Shown: positions 18,504-27,548 of the stretch, one piece after another
Layout of the letters: every line of letters begins with the position of its first letter
Position numbering within the stretch: the first letter of the stretch is position 1
Source of the DNA: Oligoflexia bacterium
GTDB lineage: Bacteria; Bdellovibrionota; Bdellovibrionia; JABDDW01
Assembly: GCA_043732305.1 (NCBI GenBank)
Contig: JAYTHU010000131.1
Span: forward strand, 1-30,481
Direction: 5' to 3'
Length of the DNA stretch: 30,481 nt
The notes under the pieces: model-generated
What the model was told of the DNA's origin: nothing
The model's input: only the letters and a program-made list of their open reading frames with translations
Database searches by the model: none
Program-made: the position numbers and the translations under genes

Positions 18504-19531
18504 CCACTCCACAAACTGAATCCAAAATGTCAGCAAAAGATATTGCGGCGGAAGTATGGAACTCTGTCAAAAAAGATCTCGGCCTTTTAGATGAAGACGT
18601 TCTCAAAAATCCACCGCCTCATATTCCTGCGCTTTCACAAGTTCTTAATGAAGTTTGGAAATCTGGCGGTAAACGCCTCAGACCCTCACTTGTATTTTTA
18701 TGTGCGCAGATTTTAGGCGTTTCGGCGGATAAAATAAAACCTTATGCGCGTGCCGCAGAATTGGTTCACACGGCCACTTTGCTCCATGACGATGTCATTG
18801 ACCAAGCCACCACTAGACGCGGACAACCTTCAGTGCCGCAGCGTTACGGAAATTACAAAGCTGTTTTGTCCGGTGATTTTTTGCTCGCACACGTCATGTA
18901 CGAATTGAGTGTGCTTGGACATTACGTCGCCAACAGTCGATTGTCAGAAACCCTTCAATGGCTTGTCGAAGGTGAATGGCTCCAGCATAGCATCATAAAT
19001 AAGTCGGATGTTTCCCGCGAATTGAGTCTGACGATTGCTGAAAGAAAAACCGCAAGCTTACTTATGTGGTGTTGCGAAGTGCCGGCACTTATTGCGGCGA
19101 GTTCGCCAGATGTCTGCGAAAGCCTCAAAGAGTATGGCCGAAATTTAGGATTAGCATTTCAATTGCAAGATGACGTTTTGGATTTTCTGCAAGCTGATAT
19201 TGGAAAACCTCGCCTCCACGATTTAAAAAGAGGCTTGATGAATTCGGTGAGTGTTGAACTTGCTGAAATTTCTCCGCTTGGTAAAAAGTGGATTGAAAAA
19301 ATCATGGTCTCCGATGAAGCCGAACGTGACAAATTATTGGACCAGTCAAATGGCAACGGTAAATTTCCCGGCTTTGATCTGACGGTGGACATCCAAGCGG
19401 CCGTGCAAGCGACTCAAAATCGTGCACTCGCCTATTTGATTCGCGCAAAAGAAAACGTCAAAGAAATTTCTTCCGGCAGTTCCGACAAACTTTCTAAAGT
19501 TGCCGATCTGCTTATCAAACGAGCTAAATAA
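18500..19531 (+). CDS. Long-chain polyprenyl diphosphate synthase (IspB/HepT-like)
   Basis: GGKRLRP, FARM HTATLLHDDVID (small residue before DDxxD), RRG, KTA, SARM FQLQDDVLD. Confidence 0.93.
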   Translation: MTTPQTESKMSAKDIAAEVWNSVKKDLGLLDEDVLKNPPPHIPALSQVLNEVWKSGGKRLRPSLVFLCAQILGVSADKIKPYARAAELVHTATLLHDDVIDQATTRRGQPSVPQRYGNYKAVLSGDFLLAHVMYELSVLGHYVANSRLSETLQWLVEGEWLQHSIINKSDVSRELSLTIAERKTASLLMWCCEVPALIAASSPDVCESLKEYGRNLGLAFQLQDDVLDFLQADIGKPRLHDLKRGLMNSVSVELAEISPLGKKWIEKIMVSDEAERDKLLDQSNGNGKFPGFDLTVDIQAAVQATQNRALAYLIRAKENVKEISSGSSDKLSKVADLLIKRAK

Positions 19532-19532
19532 A

Positions 19533-20690
19533 ATGAAAGGCTTGATTGCAGGATTAGATCAACCTTCTGAAATAAAGATTTTTAAAATTCTTGATCCCGA
19601 ATTGAAATCTATTTTACGAGATTTTAGACGTCCTTCAAAAGATGGCCTGAAGATTTTCAAACACATTCCGCTTGATCCCATCAATAGCATTCACGTTCCA
19701 GTCCGAATTGCTTTCGAAGTTTTACCGAAATCCAAATGGCATCGACCAAATTTTTTCTTTAGATGGCTCAGAGCTGCGCGTCCCATTGGCCTTTCTTCTT
19801 CGATCAATCCTTGTTTAATCGCTCTCTTGATTGGATTACTTTTAGATTTTACTCCCGACTGGTGGATTTTCTGGCCCTCAATCACCGGCGTTTTAGCGCT
19901 GCATATTGGCGTGAATTTTCTCAATGACTATGATGATCATATGCGCCTTTTTAATTTTGCAGATTTCCAAGGCACTCGTGGCACCGGCGGAAGTGGAGTG
20001 ATTCAAAATCTTTGGATTCCTGCAAATCACTTGAAGCAGGCGGGAATTTTATTTCTTGTTCTTGGGGTTCTGTTTGGAATCCCGGCATTAATAAAAAGCC
20101 CGATGCAAATTGGAATTTTAGGCGCGGTGGCTATTATTGGAGCCGGTGGTTATTCCGGAAGACTTAAATTAAAATATCGAGCCCTTGGTGACGGAGCCGT
20201 CGTTGCTTTACTAGGACCAGGAGTGATGGTCGGAATCACACTCGCGACTTTTGATAAATTGAGTCTAGCAACATTAGTGGCCGGCATTTTTTTTGGATTT
20301 TTAGCCGAAGGGGCACTCCACGCCAATAACCTTCAAGACATTCCGCTTGATACCAGCCGCAAAATTAAAACTTTTGCTAAAACTGTGGGATTCCGTGCTG
20401 CCAAAAATTTCCTTATTTGGAATTATCTCACCAGTTTTGGGTTACTTTTAATTTTAGCTTATGTCATGCAACAACCCCTGATTCTCATTGCAGGAATCAT
20501 CATGGCTCCGTTTGTTTTCTTGGTTTTAAGAGGAGTTTCACGAGCGGAGGGGCCACTCAGCGCCTCCATACGCGGACTGAAAACCAAAACAGAGGGAATT
20601 CATCTTGGCTTCAGCGTGATGATGCTTGCGATACTTGCGGGCCTTTTGGTTCTATCTCATTCGCCAGGCAATCCGCTGACCAATCACTAG
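19533..20690 (+). CDS. menA: UbiA-family prenyltransferase, MenA-like (DHNA polyprenyltransferase)
   Basis: WLRAARP, NFLNDYDD, GGSGVI, LKYRALGD, ANNLQDIPLD...KTFA; multiple TM segments; follows the polyprenyl synthase. Confidence 0.82.
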   Translation: MKGLIAGLDQPSEIKIFKILDPELKSILRDFRRPSKDGLKIFKHIPLDPINSIHVPVRIAFEVLPKSKWHRPNFFFRWLRAARPIGLSSSINPCLIALLIGLLLDFTPDWWIFWPSITGVLALHIGVNFLNDYDDHMRLFNFADFQGTRGTGGSGVIQNLWIPANHLKQAGILFLVLGVLFGIPALIKSPMQIGILGAVAIIGAGGYSGRLKLKYRALGDGAVVALLGPGVMVGITLATFDKLSLATLVAGIFFGFLAEGALHANNLQDIPLDTSRKIKTFAKTVGFRAAKNFLIWNYLTSFGLLLILAYVMQQPLILIAGIIMAPFVFLVLRGVSRAEGPLSASIRGLKTKTEGIHLGFSVMMLAILAGLLVLSHSPGNPLTNH

Positions 20691-20827
20691 TCACGTGACT
20701 TGCCTACGTTGTCATAAGTCGGCTAATCACCTGAAACTTGGCTAAATTCGATCCCATCTGCACTCCACTGGTAGCTGGTCAATCCCCATGGTCTCAGACT
20801 TGCTATTACTTAAGTCAGGAGGGGATT

Positions 20828-21679
20828 ATGAAATCTCTAAATGTGTTTTTGAGTCTCACAGTTTCAATGGTCGCGTGGTCTTCTTATGTTCATGCCGATG
20901 CTATCGCAAATGAACTCAGCAGTGAGATCAATACTTTTCAGGTTCAGCTACGTCCTGCAAACTCCGTAAAAAAACAGCGCGCCGGCTATGCTCCACAAGT
21001 CGTGGCAGCGAACGAAGACACTCCAGCATCGGTTTACAGACTTCCGCGCCAACTTGAAGAAAGAAAGCAATCGAGCACTTTTTTAAGAATTACGGCAATG
21101 CCACAAATGACATTCTCAATTTATGATGGCGCCGACTCCAGCAGTGTGGTTCCTCAGAGCACCACTCAAGCTACAAAAAATAGCATTTCTGGAACCCTCA
21201 GCATGGATTTAAATTTACTTAATAGTTCAAAATTAGTTTTAGAAGTGGGCGTGTCCTTTTTGCAATTCGGTTCCGGCACTGGTCAGAATCAGTTAAACTC
21301 TTTCTCTGCCAATCAGGTCAATGGATTTTATGATTCTCTCACAAGCTACTATTTAGGTTTAAGCTTGAATGGAAAATGGCTTGCCAGTGGCGAAGAGGAA
21401 TCTTCACTCTACATCAAAGGCGGAGCTATCCCCCTGTACCTTGCAGGAAGCAACTATTCTAGCAATGGGAATTATAATTTGACGAGTTTTCGCTACGGAA
21501 CGATCAACGCATTTGATGTCGCGCTCGATCTTGGAATTGGCTACTCTTTAAAAGTGAATAATCAATTGCACTTGATTCTAGACGTCACCGGCTATCAAGG
21601 TCTCTTGCCCGTCATGAGCAACTACAATGTTTACAATGCTGGTATCACCACTGGGTTTGGCGTGGCTTATACTCTCTAA
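20828..21679 (+). CDS. Outer membrane beta-barrel protein (about 8 strands) with N-terminal extension
   Basis: AGGAGG RBS; signal peptide ending VHA; alternating amphipathic strands (LEVGVSFLQ, LYIKGG, LDLGIGYSL); terminal GFGVAYTL. Confidence 0.78.
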   Translation: MKSLNVFLSLTVSMVAWSSYVHADAIANELSSEINTFQVQLRPANSVKKQRAGYAPQVVAANEDTPASVYRLPRQLEERKQSSTFLRITAMPQMTFSIYDGADSSSVVPQSTTQATKNSISGTLSMDLNLLNSSKLVLEVGVSFLQFGSGTGQNQLNSFSANQVNGFYDSLTSYYLGLSLNGKWLASGEEESSLYIKGGAIPLYLAGSNYSSNGNYNLTSFRYGTINAFDVALDLGIGYSLKVNNQLHLILDVTGYQGLLPVMSNYNVYNAGITTGFGVAYTL

Positions 21680-22245
21680 AAAGCACTAGTGATTAGTTTT
21701 CGATCAGTCAATCGATTAGAAAAATCAAACATCTCTTTTTTGCCATTCATATAAGTGCGCGCCCAAGAAACCAGGGTGTGGTTTTTAGAATATTTAAAAA
21801 CATCGCTCAGAATATGACTGTGACCATATTGTACAATCACATCTTCCGCGGCATTTAAAATCTGGGTTCGACATGACCCTTTGAAGGCCAAGTTTTTAAG
21901 TTCACCGGCGGCTTTTGAAACTTCTGCAAACTCTTCTCTAATATCAATCGCCGGATATTTCACATACCCGCGTCTGTCCGCATCAGGATGTCCGGGTTCA
22001 TAAACTGTGCGCTTTTCTTTGCTGAGTTTGATTGCACAGTGTTCACCGGCGCAAACCAATTCTTTTTTCTGGTACACTCCACCACGTAAAGTGCGAGTGT
22101 TCGCTGCGTTCACAATATTTGAAGTGTGAGTCGAAAGCCTAAGATGAACGTTCGAAACATCTGAGCATTCACTCATCGCATAAGATTTGCCGACGATATT
22201 GACAGCCAAAAAGAGAATAAGGTAAGTTAAATTTTGTTTTTTCAT
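21676..22245 (-). CDS. Secreted FlgC-derived protein (flagellar rod domain plus C-terminal extension)
   Basis: Signal peptide ending SYA; SNIVNAANTRTLRGGVYQKK and YEPGHPDADRRGYVKYPAIDIREE are FlgC-like motifs; no flagellar neighbours. Confidence 0.78.
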   Translation of the reverse strand: MKKQNLTYLILFLAVNIVGKSYAMSECSDVSNVHLRLSTHTSNIVNAANTRTLRGGVYQKKELVCAGEHCAIKLSKEKRTVYEPGHPDADRRGYVKYPAIDIREEFAEVSKAAGELKNLAFKGSCRTQILNAAEDVIVQYGHSHILSDVFKYSKNHTLVSWARTYMNGKKEMFDFSNRLTDRKLITSAF

Positions 22246-22296
22246 CTTCTTATTCTAGTTCATTTAGGCCAAAAACAGGAGTCCAGGAGAATTCAG

Positions 22297-23277
22297 ATGA
22301 AAGTATTGGTCACCGGTGCCAACGGATTTTTAGGAAGTTGGGTCACTAAAGCATTAATAAAAAAAGGCTACGATGTCCGAATGTTGCATCGTTCAGAGAG
22401 TGATCTCACTTCCCTCGAGGGATTGAAAATTGAGAAATTCATCGGCGATATCACTGATTTTGAAAGTTTAAAATCGGCCACGCAAAACGTAGAGGCTGTT
22501 TTCCACGTGGCCGGACTGGTTTCTTATTCACACCTCGACCGAACAAAAATGGAAACCGTCAATGTTGCAGGAACTGCCAATGTGATCAAGGCTTGCCAAA
22601 TGACTAAAGTGCGACGATTAATTCACACCAGTAGCACGGTGGCGATTGGGGCAGGATTTCACGGAGAAATTCTCGATGAAAAATCAAAATATAATCTGCG
22701 AGCGCTTGATCTTGGCTATTTTGAAACTAAACATAACGCCGAGCAACTTGTGTTGTCTGCAGCCCGCGCGGGATCGCTCGATGCCGTGGTGGTTAATCCT
22801 AGCTCCATGTTTGGTGCTGGTGATGCAGTGAAAAGTTCGCGATTGAAATATTTGAAAGTGGCTCGTGGACAATTACCCTATTATCCAAGCGGCGGCGTGA
22901 ATATTATTGCCATCGAAGACGCAGTTGAAGGACATATTTTAGCTCTTGAAAAAGGAAAATCTGGCGAACGATATATTTTGGGTGGAGAAAATATTTCAGT
23001 GCTTGAGCTTTTTGAAACCTTCGCAAAAGCTGGAGGCTCTGTGCCTCCAACAAAAAAATTACCAAAAGCTTTACTCAGAGGAGTTTTTTATTCAGGAAAG
23101 CTCATGGCAAAATGTGGACTGCCCGTAAAATTTTCTTTTGAGTCGGCCATGATTGGCTCTCTCTATCACTGGTTCGATAACAGTAAGGCCAAGAACGAAC
23201 TAGGACTCAAGGTCAGCTCTCCAAAAGAAGCCATCATCCGCAGCGTAGAATGGGCTGAATCTAACGGGATGATCTAG
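22297..23277 (+). CDS. Extended SDR NAD(P)-dependent epimerase/reductase (dihydroflavonol reductase/HpnA-like)
   Basis: AGGAG RBS; VLVTGANGFLG, VFHVAG, HTSS, YFETK (YxxxK), GERYILGGEN. Confidence 0.9.
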   Translation: MKVLVTGANGFLGSWVTKALIKKGYDVRMLHRSESDLTSLEGLKIEKFIGDITDFESLKSATQNVEAVFHVAGLVSYSHLDRTKMETVNVAGTANVIKACQMTKVRRLIHTSSTVAIGAGFHGEILDEKSKYNLRALDLGYFETKHNAEQLVLSAARAGSLDAVVVNPSSMFGAGDAVKSSRLKYLKVARGQLPYYPSGGVNIIAIEDAVEGHILALEKGKSGERYILGGENISVLELFETFAKAGGSVPPTKKLPKALLRGVFYSGKLMAKCGLPVKFSFESAMIGSLYHWFDNSKAKNELGLKVSSPKEAIIRSVEWAESNGMI

Positions 23278-23364
23278 CAGGTTTCCACGGTGAAACTTTC
23301 GAATCAGCTCAGCGCATGCAACTTTGGGCTTTCTTCTATGGCGCTACAGCCGTGAATAGACGAA

Positions 23365-24006
23365 TTAAATTTCTTGTGCGAGATCTTCCAGATAATTTTT
23401 CATCGATTGCACTCGCTTGACGCCTTCTCTTTTTCCACTCGAGGTTTGCAAACTTTCCGCAGTCTTGAAAAGTTTTTTGTAGAAATGATCGACGGTGAAG
23501 CTCGAATCATTAGGTTCTCGAGTTTCACAAAACGGATCAGTCAAACTGTAGAATGGGCGTTTTAAAATTCCCGCCGTAGCAAAAACTCTGGCAATTCCGA
23601 TCGCACCCAAACCATCAAGCCTGTCTGAGTCTTGAACAATTTTGGCTTCCAAAGTTTCGGCGGTGATTTTTGCAGTGAAACTGTGAGCCGCGATGGCGTG
23701 TGCAATGGCACCGGAGTGCTTCTCTGGATAATCAATCGATCTCAAAAATTTTATAGCTCCCTCAGCAGAAAGTTTTGAAGCGATAGATCTTCTTGGATCA
23801 TTTTTAGCAATGATGACAAAATCATGGAGCCAAGCCGCAGGAACGACAATTTCCAAGTTTGCATTTCCGCCATTTGCATTTTCTTGAGCTGCTAATTTTT
23901 TCGCCGTCGCAACGACTCTTTTGAAATGCAAGAGATCATGAGCTGGATCCGCGCTTTCATTAGAAATTTCAGTGATTTTCTTCTCAAAAACTTCTTCCCA
24001 ATTCAT
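23365..24006 (-). CDS. HD-domain phosphohydrolase (YedJ/YpgQ-like)
   Basis: DPAHDLLHFKRV, AAWLHD, AHSF, VQDSDRLDGLGAIGIARVF, DHFYKKLF. Confidence 0.9.
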   Translation of the reverse strand: MNWEEVFEKKITEISNESADPAHDLLHFKRVVATAKKLAAQENANGGNANLEIVVPAAWLHDFVIIAKNDPRRSIASKLSAEGAIKFLRSIDYPEKHSGAIAHAIAAHSFTAKITAETLEAKIVQDSDRLDGLGAIGIARVFATAGILKRPFYSLTDPFCETREPNDSSFTVDHFYKKLFKTAESLQTSSGKREGVKRVQSMKNYLEDLAQEI

Positions 24007-26642
24007 ATGTTCAAATACTTATGAGCCAAACTCTCTACATCTTGGTGAATCAGCTTTGCGATGCGTGAATACGAATTTTTATCCTCGGTTTGATCGATGA
24101 AGCCAAGAGGTAAAGCGAAGTGAACTTCTATTGGTTTAGCCGAGGGGAAACTGGCCCCTTTAGGGAAAGCATCGTAAGCACCCTTGATATAAGTGGGAAT
24201 GGCGACCGAATTTTTTCCCGCGAGCAATCGGCCAACGCCAGGCTTGAACTCATGAATTCTTCCATCGGAAGACCTCGTACCTTCCGGAAATATAACTAAG
24301 TTTCCGCCTTCAGCCAAAATTTCTTCGCAAACTTTAAAACTGTCTTCCACTCGAGCTTTCCTTTTAAACGGCACGGCATTAAAAAGTAGTCTCACCACAA
24401 AGGACTTCAGAGGATGGTCAAAAAAGTAATCATCCGCGGCAACAGCATATGTGGAATTACAAAGCTTCAGCGGCAGCACTGCAAAAAGCGTCAGTAAGTC
24501 AAGATGACTGGAATGATTAGGAGTAAGAATAAAACTTCGTTTCTTCCAAATAGATTCATCAAAAGTGGCTGACAATCTAAAAAACATTTTAAAAATAATT
24601 TTTAGAAATATGAAATTAAAAATTGGCCGCATAAAATTCATACTTTTCGAATTATTCAAATGGAAATCAAAAGACTGAATCTTAGCAACTGGTTTCTCCA
24701 ATTCTAAATTCACGGAACCACGCCCTCTTTTTTTCAAATCCAAAAGATCAGAAACTTTTAATATTTTCTCGAATTCCGAATCTTCCACACGAATCACAAA
24801 GTGAGTTTCAACCGTTGATATCAATTCCATAAACGTCAGCGAATCTAATCCCAAATCATGCTTCAGAGATTGTTCTTTAAAGATCTCCTCACGCTTAAGA
24901 ATCAATTTCAAACGTTGCAAAAGCCAGGCTTCATCCCGGTTCGAAACATCTAGTGGAGTTCCAATGAAGTCGTGCGCGGAAACTGCACCCTGCCCCATCT
25001 CGCCGTTAGTAATCATTTCCCGAAGCAAGTGTTTCCGAACTTTTTTGGTAGCCGTCTTCGGAAGTTCACGCGTGGTCAGAGTCAAGCTGTGAACCTTCTT
25101 GTAATCAGAAAGGTTGGCACTCAGGCGTTCAATCTCCGCCCAGACTTCCGCTTCTGGCAAAGTAGTCACAATCACTGCGTGAACAGATTCTCCGCGCCCC
25201 GTATTCATACCCAAAACAGTCACATCCGAAAAATGTGGAGAGGTTTTGAGATAATATTCCACTTCCTCTGGATAAATGTTTTTTCCATTTGGGGTGACAA
25301 TCATATCTTTCTTGCGACCCGTGAGAAAAAGATAACGCTCTTCATCGAAGTGACCGACATCACCAGTGTGAAACCAACCATCGCTGAAAGCCGCGGCTGT
25401 TGAAAATGGATCTTCAAAATAGCCTTTGAAAACGCTTGGCCCTTGAACGCAGATTTCTCCTTCGCCATTCACCTCATCACTCAATTTGATTTTTAGGGAA
25501 TCAACTACTTTTCCCACAGATCCATATTTATCGCGATTTTTAGAGGAAATGCTTATGACAGGACTAGTCTCCGTTAAACCGTAACCTTGAAACATATCAA
25601 TGCCGAGGCTCTTGAATCTCAAAATAATATCTGGATCAATCTTCGCTCCGCCGGACATAAAGAATTTCATGGAGCCACCAAAGACCGCGTGAACTTTATT
25701 GAAAATAATTTTTCCAATCCACGGATATTTTCTCACCAACGGTTTAAATAAACCCAGAATCAGTTGCATGGTGGGAGACAAAGCTTTTAATTTGTCATTG
25801 ATGGTTCGATCCAAAATTTCAAAGAACAATGGCACAGATGCAAGTGCTGTTGCTTTCTGCGCTTTGAGTTCGGAGATGACATCATCAGGCTTAAGGCTGT
25901 CGGGAAAACTTATGCACCCGCCTTTGGTATGACAAACCGTGAATCCCCCCACAAGCTCAAACATATGAGATAGCGGAAGGACACTGACAAATCGGTCATG
26001 TTCCCCATTCGGAACAACGTCAATGGTGTCTAAAATGTTAGTGAGAATATTTCCGTGAGAGAGCATCACGCCTTTGGGATTTCCAGTGGTTCCAGAAGTA
26101 AAAATCAAAACGGCAATGTCATCCGCGAGGGTTTTTGTGTCCTCAAACTTCGGCAAGAAAGTAGTTTTTTTCTGCTGCAAAAGATCGCCGAGACTTTCGA
26201 ACTTCAAATTTCTATCGCGAGTAGTGATAAAATCAAGACTGTAAATGGATGGCACATTGAAATCCGCAAGCCTGGTCCCAAGACTGGGCCAAAGCTTAGG
26301 CGATATGAAAAGACCGTCTAGCAAAGCACGATTCACAATGGTTTGAATTTCTTGTTCCGTCGCAATGTGCATGAGCGGAACTAGAATTCCCCCGGCATGC
26401 CAAGTCGCAAGTGCCATCGCAGCCCACTCAATGCGATTTTCTCCCCACAATCCAATTTTGAAGTGTGGCTGTGGAAACTTCTGACGCAAAATGCTTGAGA
26501 GTTTCAAAACCTGGTCATTGAATTCATGGAACGAAATAGGCCTTCTAAATCCACTGGAGTCTTTGACTATAAAACAAGGTTTGTTCGAGAAATTCTTGGT
26601 TCGAGAAAAGACGAATGAAGCAATATTATTTTGAGAGGACAT
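24003..26642 (-). CDS. Multidomain long-chain acyl-AMP ligase / acyl carrier / lysophospholipid acyltransferase fusion
   Basis: IFTSGTTGNPKG, PLSHMFE, GYGLTET, FHTGD (adenylation domain); DLGLDSL (ACP phosphopantetheine site); PNHSSHLD and FPEGTRS (PlsC/LPLAT). Confidence 0.92.
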   Translation of the reverse strand: MSSQNNIASFVFSRTKNFSNKPCFIVKDSSGFRRPISFHEFNDQVLKLSSILRQKFPQPHFKIGLWGENRIEWAAMALATWHAGGILVPLMHIATEQEIQTIVNRALLDGLFISPKLWPSLGTRLADFNVPSIYSLDFITTRDRNLKFESLGDLLQQKKTTFLPKFEDTKTLADDIAVLIFTSGTTGNPKGVMLSHGNILTNILDTIDVVPNGEHDRFVSVLPLSHMFELVGGFTVCHTKGGCISFPDSLKPDDVISELKAQKATALASVPLFFEILDRTINDKLKALSPTMQLILGLFKPLVRKYPWIGKIIFNKVHAVFGGSMKFFMSGGAKIDPDIILRFKSLGIDMFQGYGLTETSPVISISSKNRDKYGSVGKVVDSLKIKLSDEVNGEGEICVQGPSVFKGYFEDPFSTAAAFSDGWFHTGDVGHFDEERYLFLTGRKKDMIVTPNGKNIYPEEVEYYLKTSPHFSDVTVLGMNTGRGESVHAVIVTTLPEAEVWAEIERLSANLSDYKKVHSLTLTTRELPKTATKKVRKHLLREMITNGEMGQGAVSAHDFIGTPLDVSNRDEAWLLQRLKLILKREEIFKEQSLKHDLGLDSLTFMELISTVETHFVIRVEDSEFEKILKVSDLLDLKKRGRGSVNLELEKPVAKIQSFDFHLNNSKSMNFMRPIFNFIFLKIIFKMFFRLSATFDESIWKKRSFILTPNHSSHLDLLTLFAVLPLKLCNSTYAVAADDYFFDHPLKSFVVRLLFNAVPFKRKARVEDSFKVCEEILAEGGNLVIFPEGTRSSDGRIHEFKPGVGRLLAGKNSVAIPTYIKGAYDAFPKGASFPSAKPIEVHFALPLGFIDQTEDKNSYSRIAKLIHQDVESLAHKYLNI

Positions 26643-27411
26643 GGGGTGATCCTAAATCCAAGTTTTTAAAGCGAATGGATTTGTTTTTGGCTGCTATAAT
26701 TTTTAAAGCGCCTGTGTAGGCATATGGAATTCCAAATGGGAGCCGCAAGTTGATGGTGTACACACCATCATTCATTGCCTGGATACTTTCGACTTCAAAT
26801 GAGAGCAGTGATTCGGGAATCCACGAGAAACCTGTTCCAGCTAGACTTTTAGCACTTAGATTTAAAGTCACGCCACTCCAGGCGATGAAAACCCGAGCAT
26901 CTATCACAGTGAGTCGTAAAAAACTGTCGGATGAAATTTGAATAGATGCGACATCACTGAAATCAAGATTGAAGAGATTTTTTGGCGGGAGTAACTTCCA
27001 AATCGCATTGGGAGCATCACTCAGAACCCACTCGATCTGATCATCCGTTGCGGCAAATTTAGTAAGACATATAAATCTAACTTGCGGAGACTTCCCGTCG
27101 CTATTCTGGAAATACATATCTACAAATTTTTGAAAGACCCTCCCTCCTCCACACTTCATATCGGGGAAAGACTGCATCTGAAAAATCTTCTCCAAAAAGG
27201 TCAATGTCTCACCCATCAGTTCCGTGGGAAGTTTGGAGACAGAGGGATCGACTTCAGAATAATGATCATAGTCGGGGAAGTCGGTCGATACTGTTCCTGG
27301 CGGAAATGTTGAAGAGCTTTCAATAAAAGAAGACGTGCACCCGCTTAAAATAAAAACGAGACCAAGTGCCATCGACGCAAAATATAATTTTGGAAATTCC
27401 CACCAAACCAT
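26626..27411 (-). CDS. Hypothetical lipoprotein
   Basis: Probable start MVWWEFPK at 27411; hydrophobic stretch and lipobox LSGC; overlaps the start of the fusion gene by 17 nt; exact start uncertain. Confidence 0.6.
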   Translation of the reverse strand: MVWWEFPKLYFASMALGLVFILSGCTSSFIESSSTFPPGTVSTDFPDYDHYSEVDPSVSKLPTELMGETLTFLEKIFQMQSFPDMKCGGGRVFQKFVDMYFQNSDGKSPQVRFICLTKFAATDDQIEWVLSDAPNAIWKLLPPKNLFNLDFSDVASIQISSDSFLRLTVIDARVFIAWSGVTLNLSAKSLAGTGFSWIPESLLSFEVESIQAMNDGVYTINLRLPFGIPYAYTGALKIIAAKNKSIRFKNLDLGSPHVLSK

Positions 27412-27548
27412 CGCCCACAAGCTTGCTTGAGGCACTAGCCAAAAGTCAAGATTTGCTTTAACTCGCAAGTGTAGCTTCTTACGCAGCACACCTGATGTTA
27501 AACTAGAGCGAATGTATAAATGCAAATTGAACTCACGGAGGAGTCAGA

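Noticed and set aside
22297..23277. Hopanoid pathway (hpnA) assignment
   Set aside because: Family-level similarity only; no shc or hpnCDE genes in the window.
23280..23297. parS-like dyad GTTTCCACGGTGAAAC or terminator between convergent genes
   Set aside because: Spacing and left half-site do not fit TGTTNCACGTGNAACA; the stem is short and lacks a convincing U-tract.
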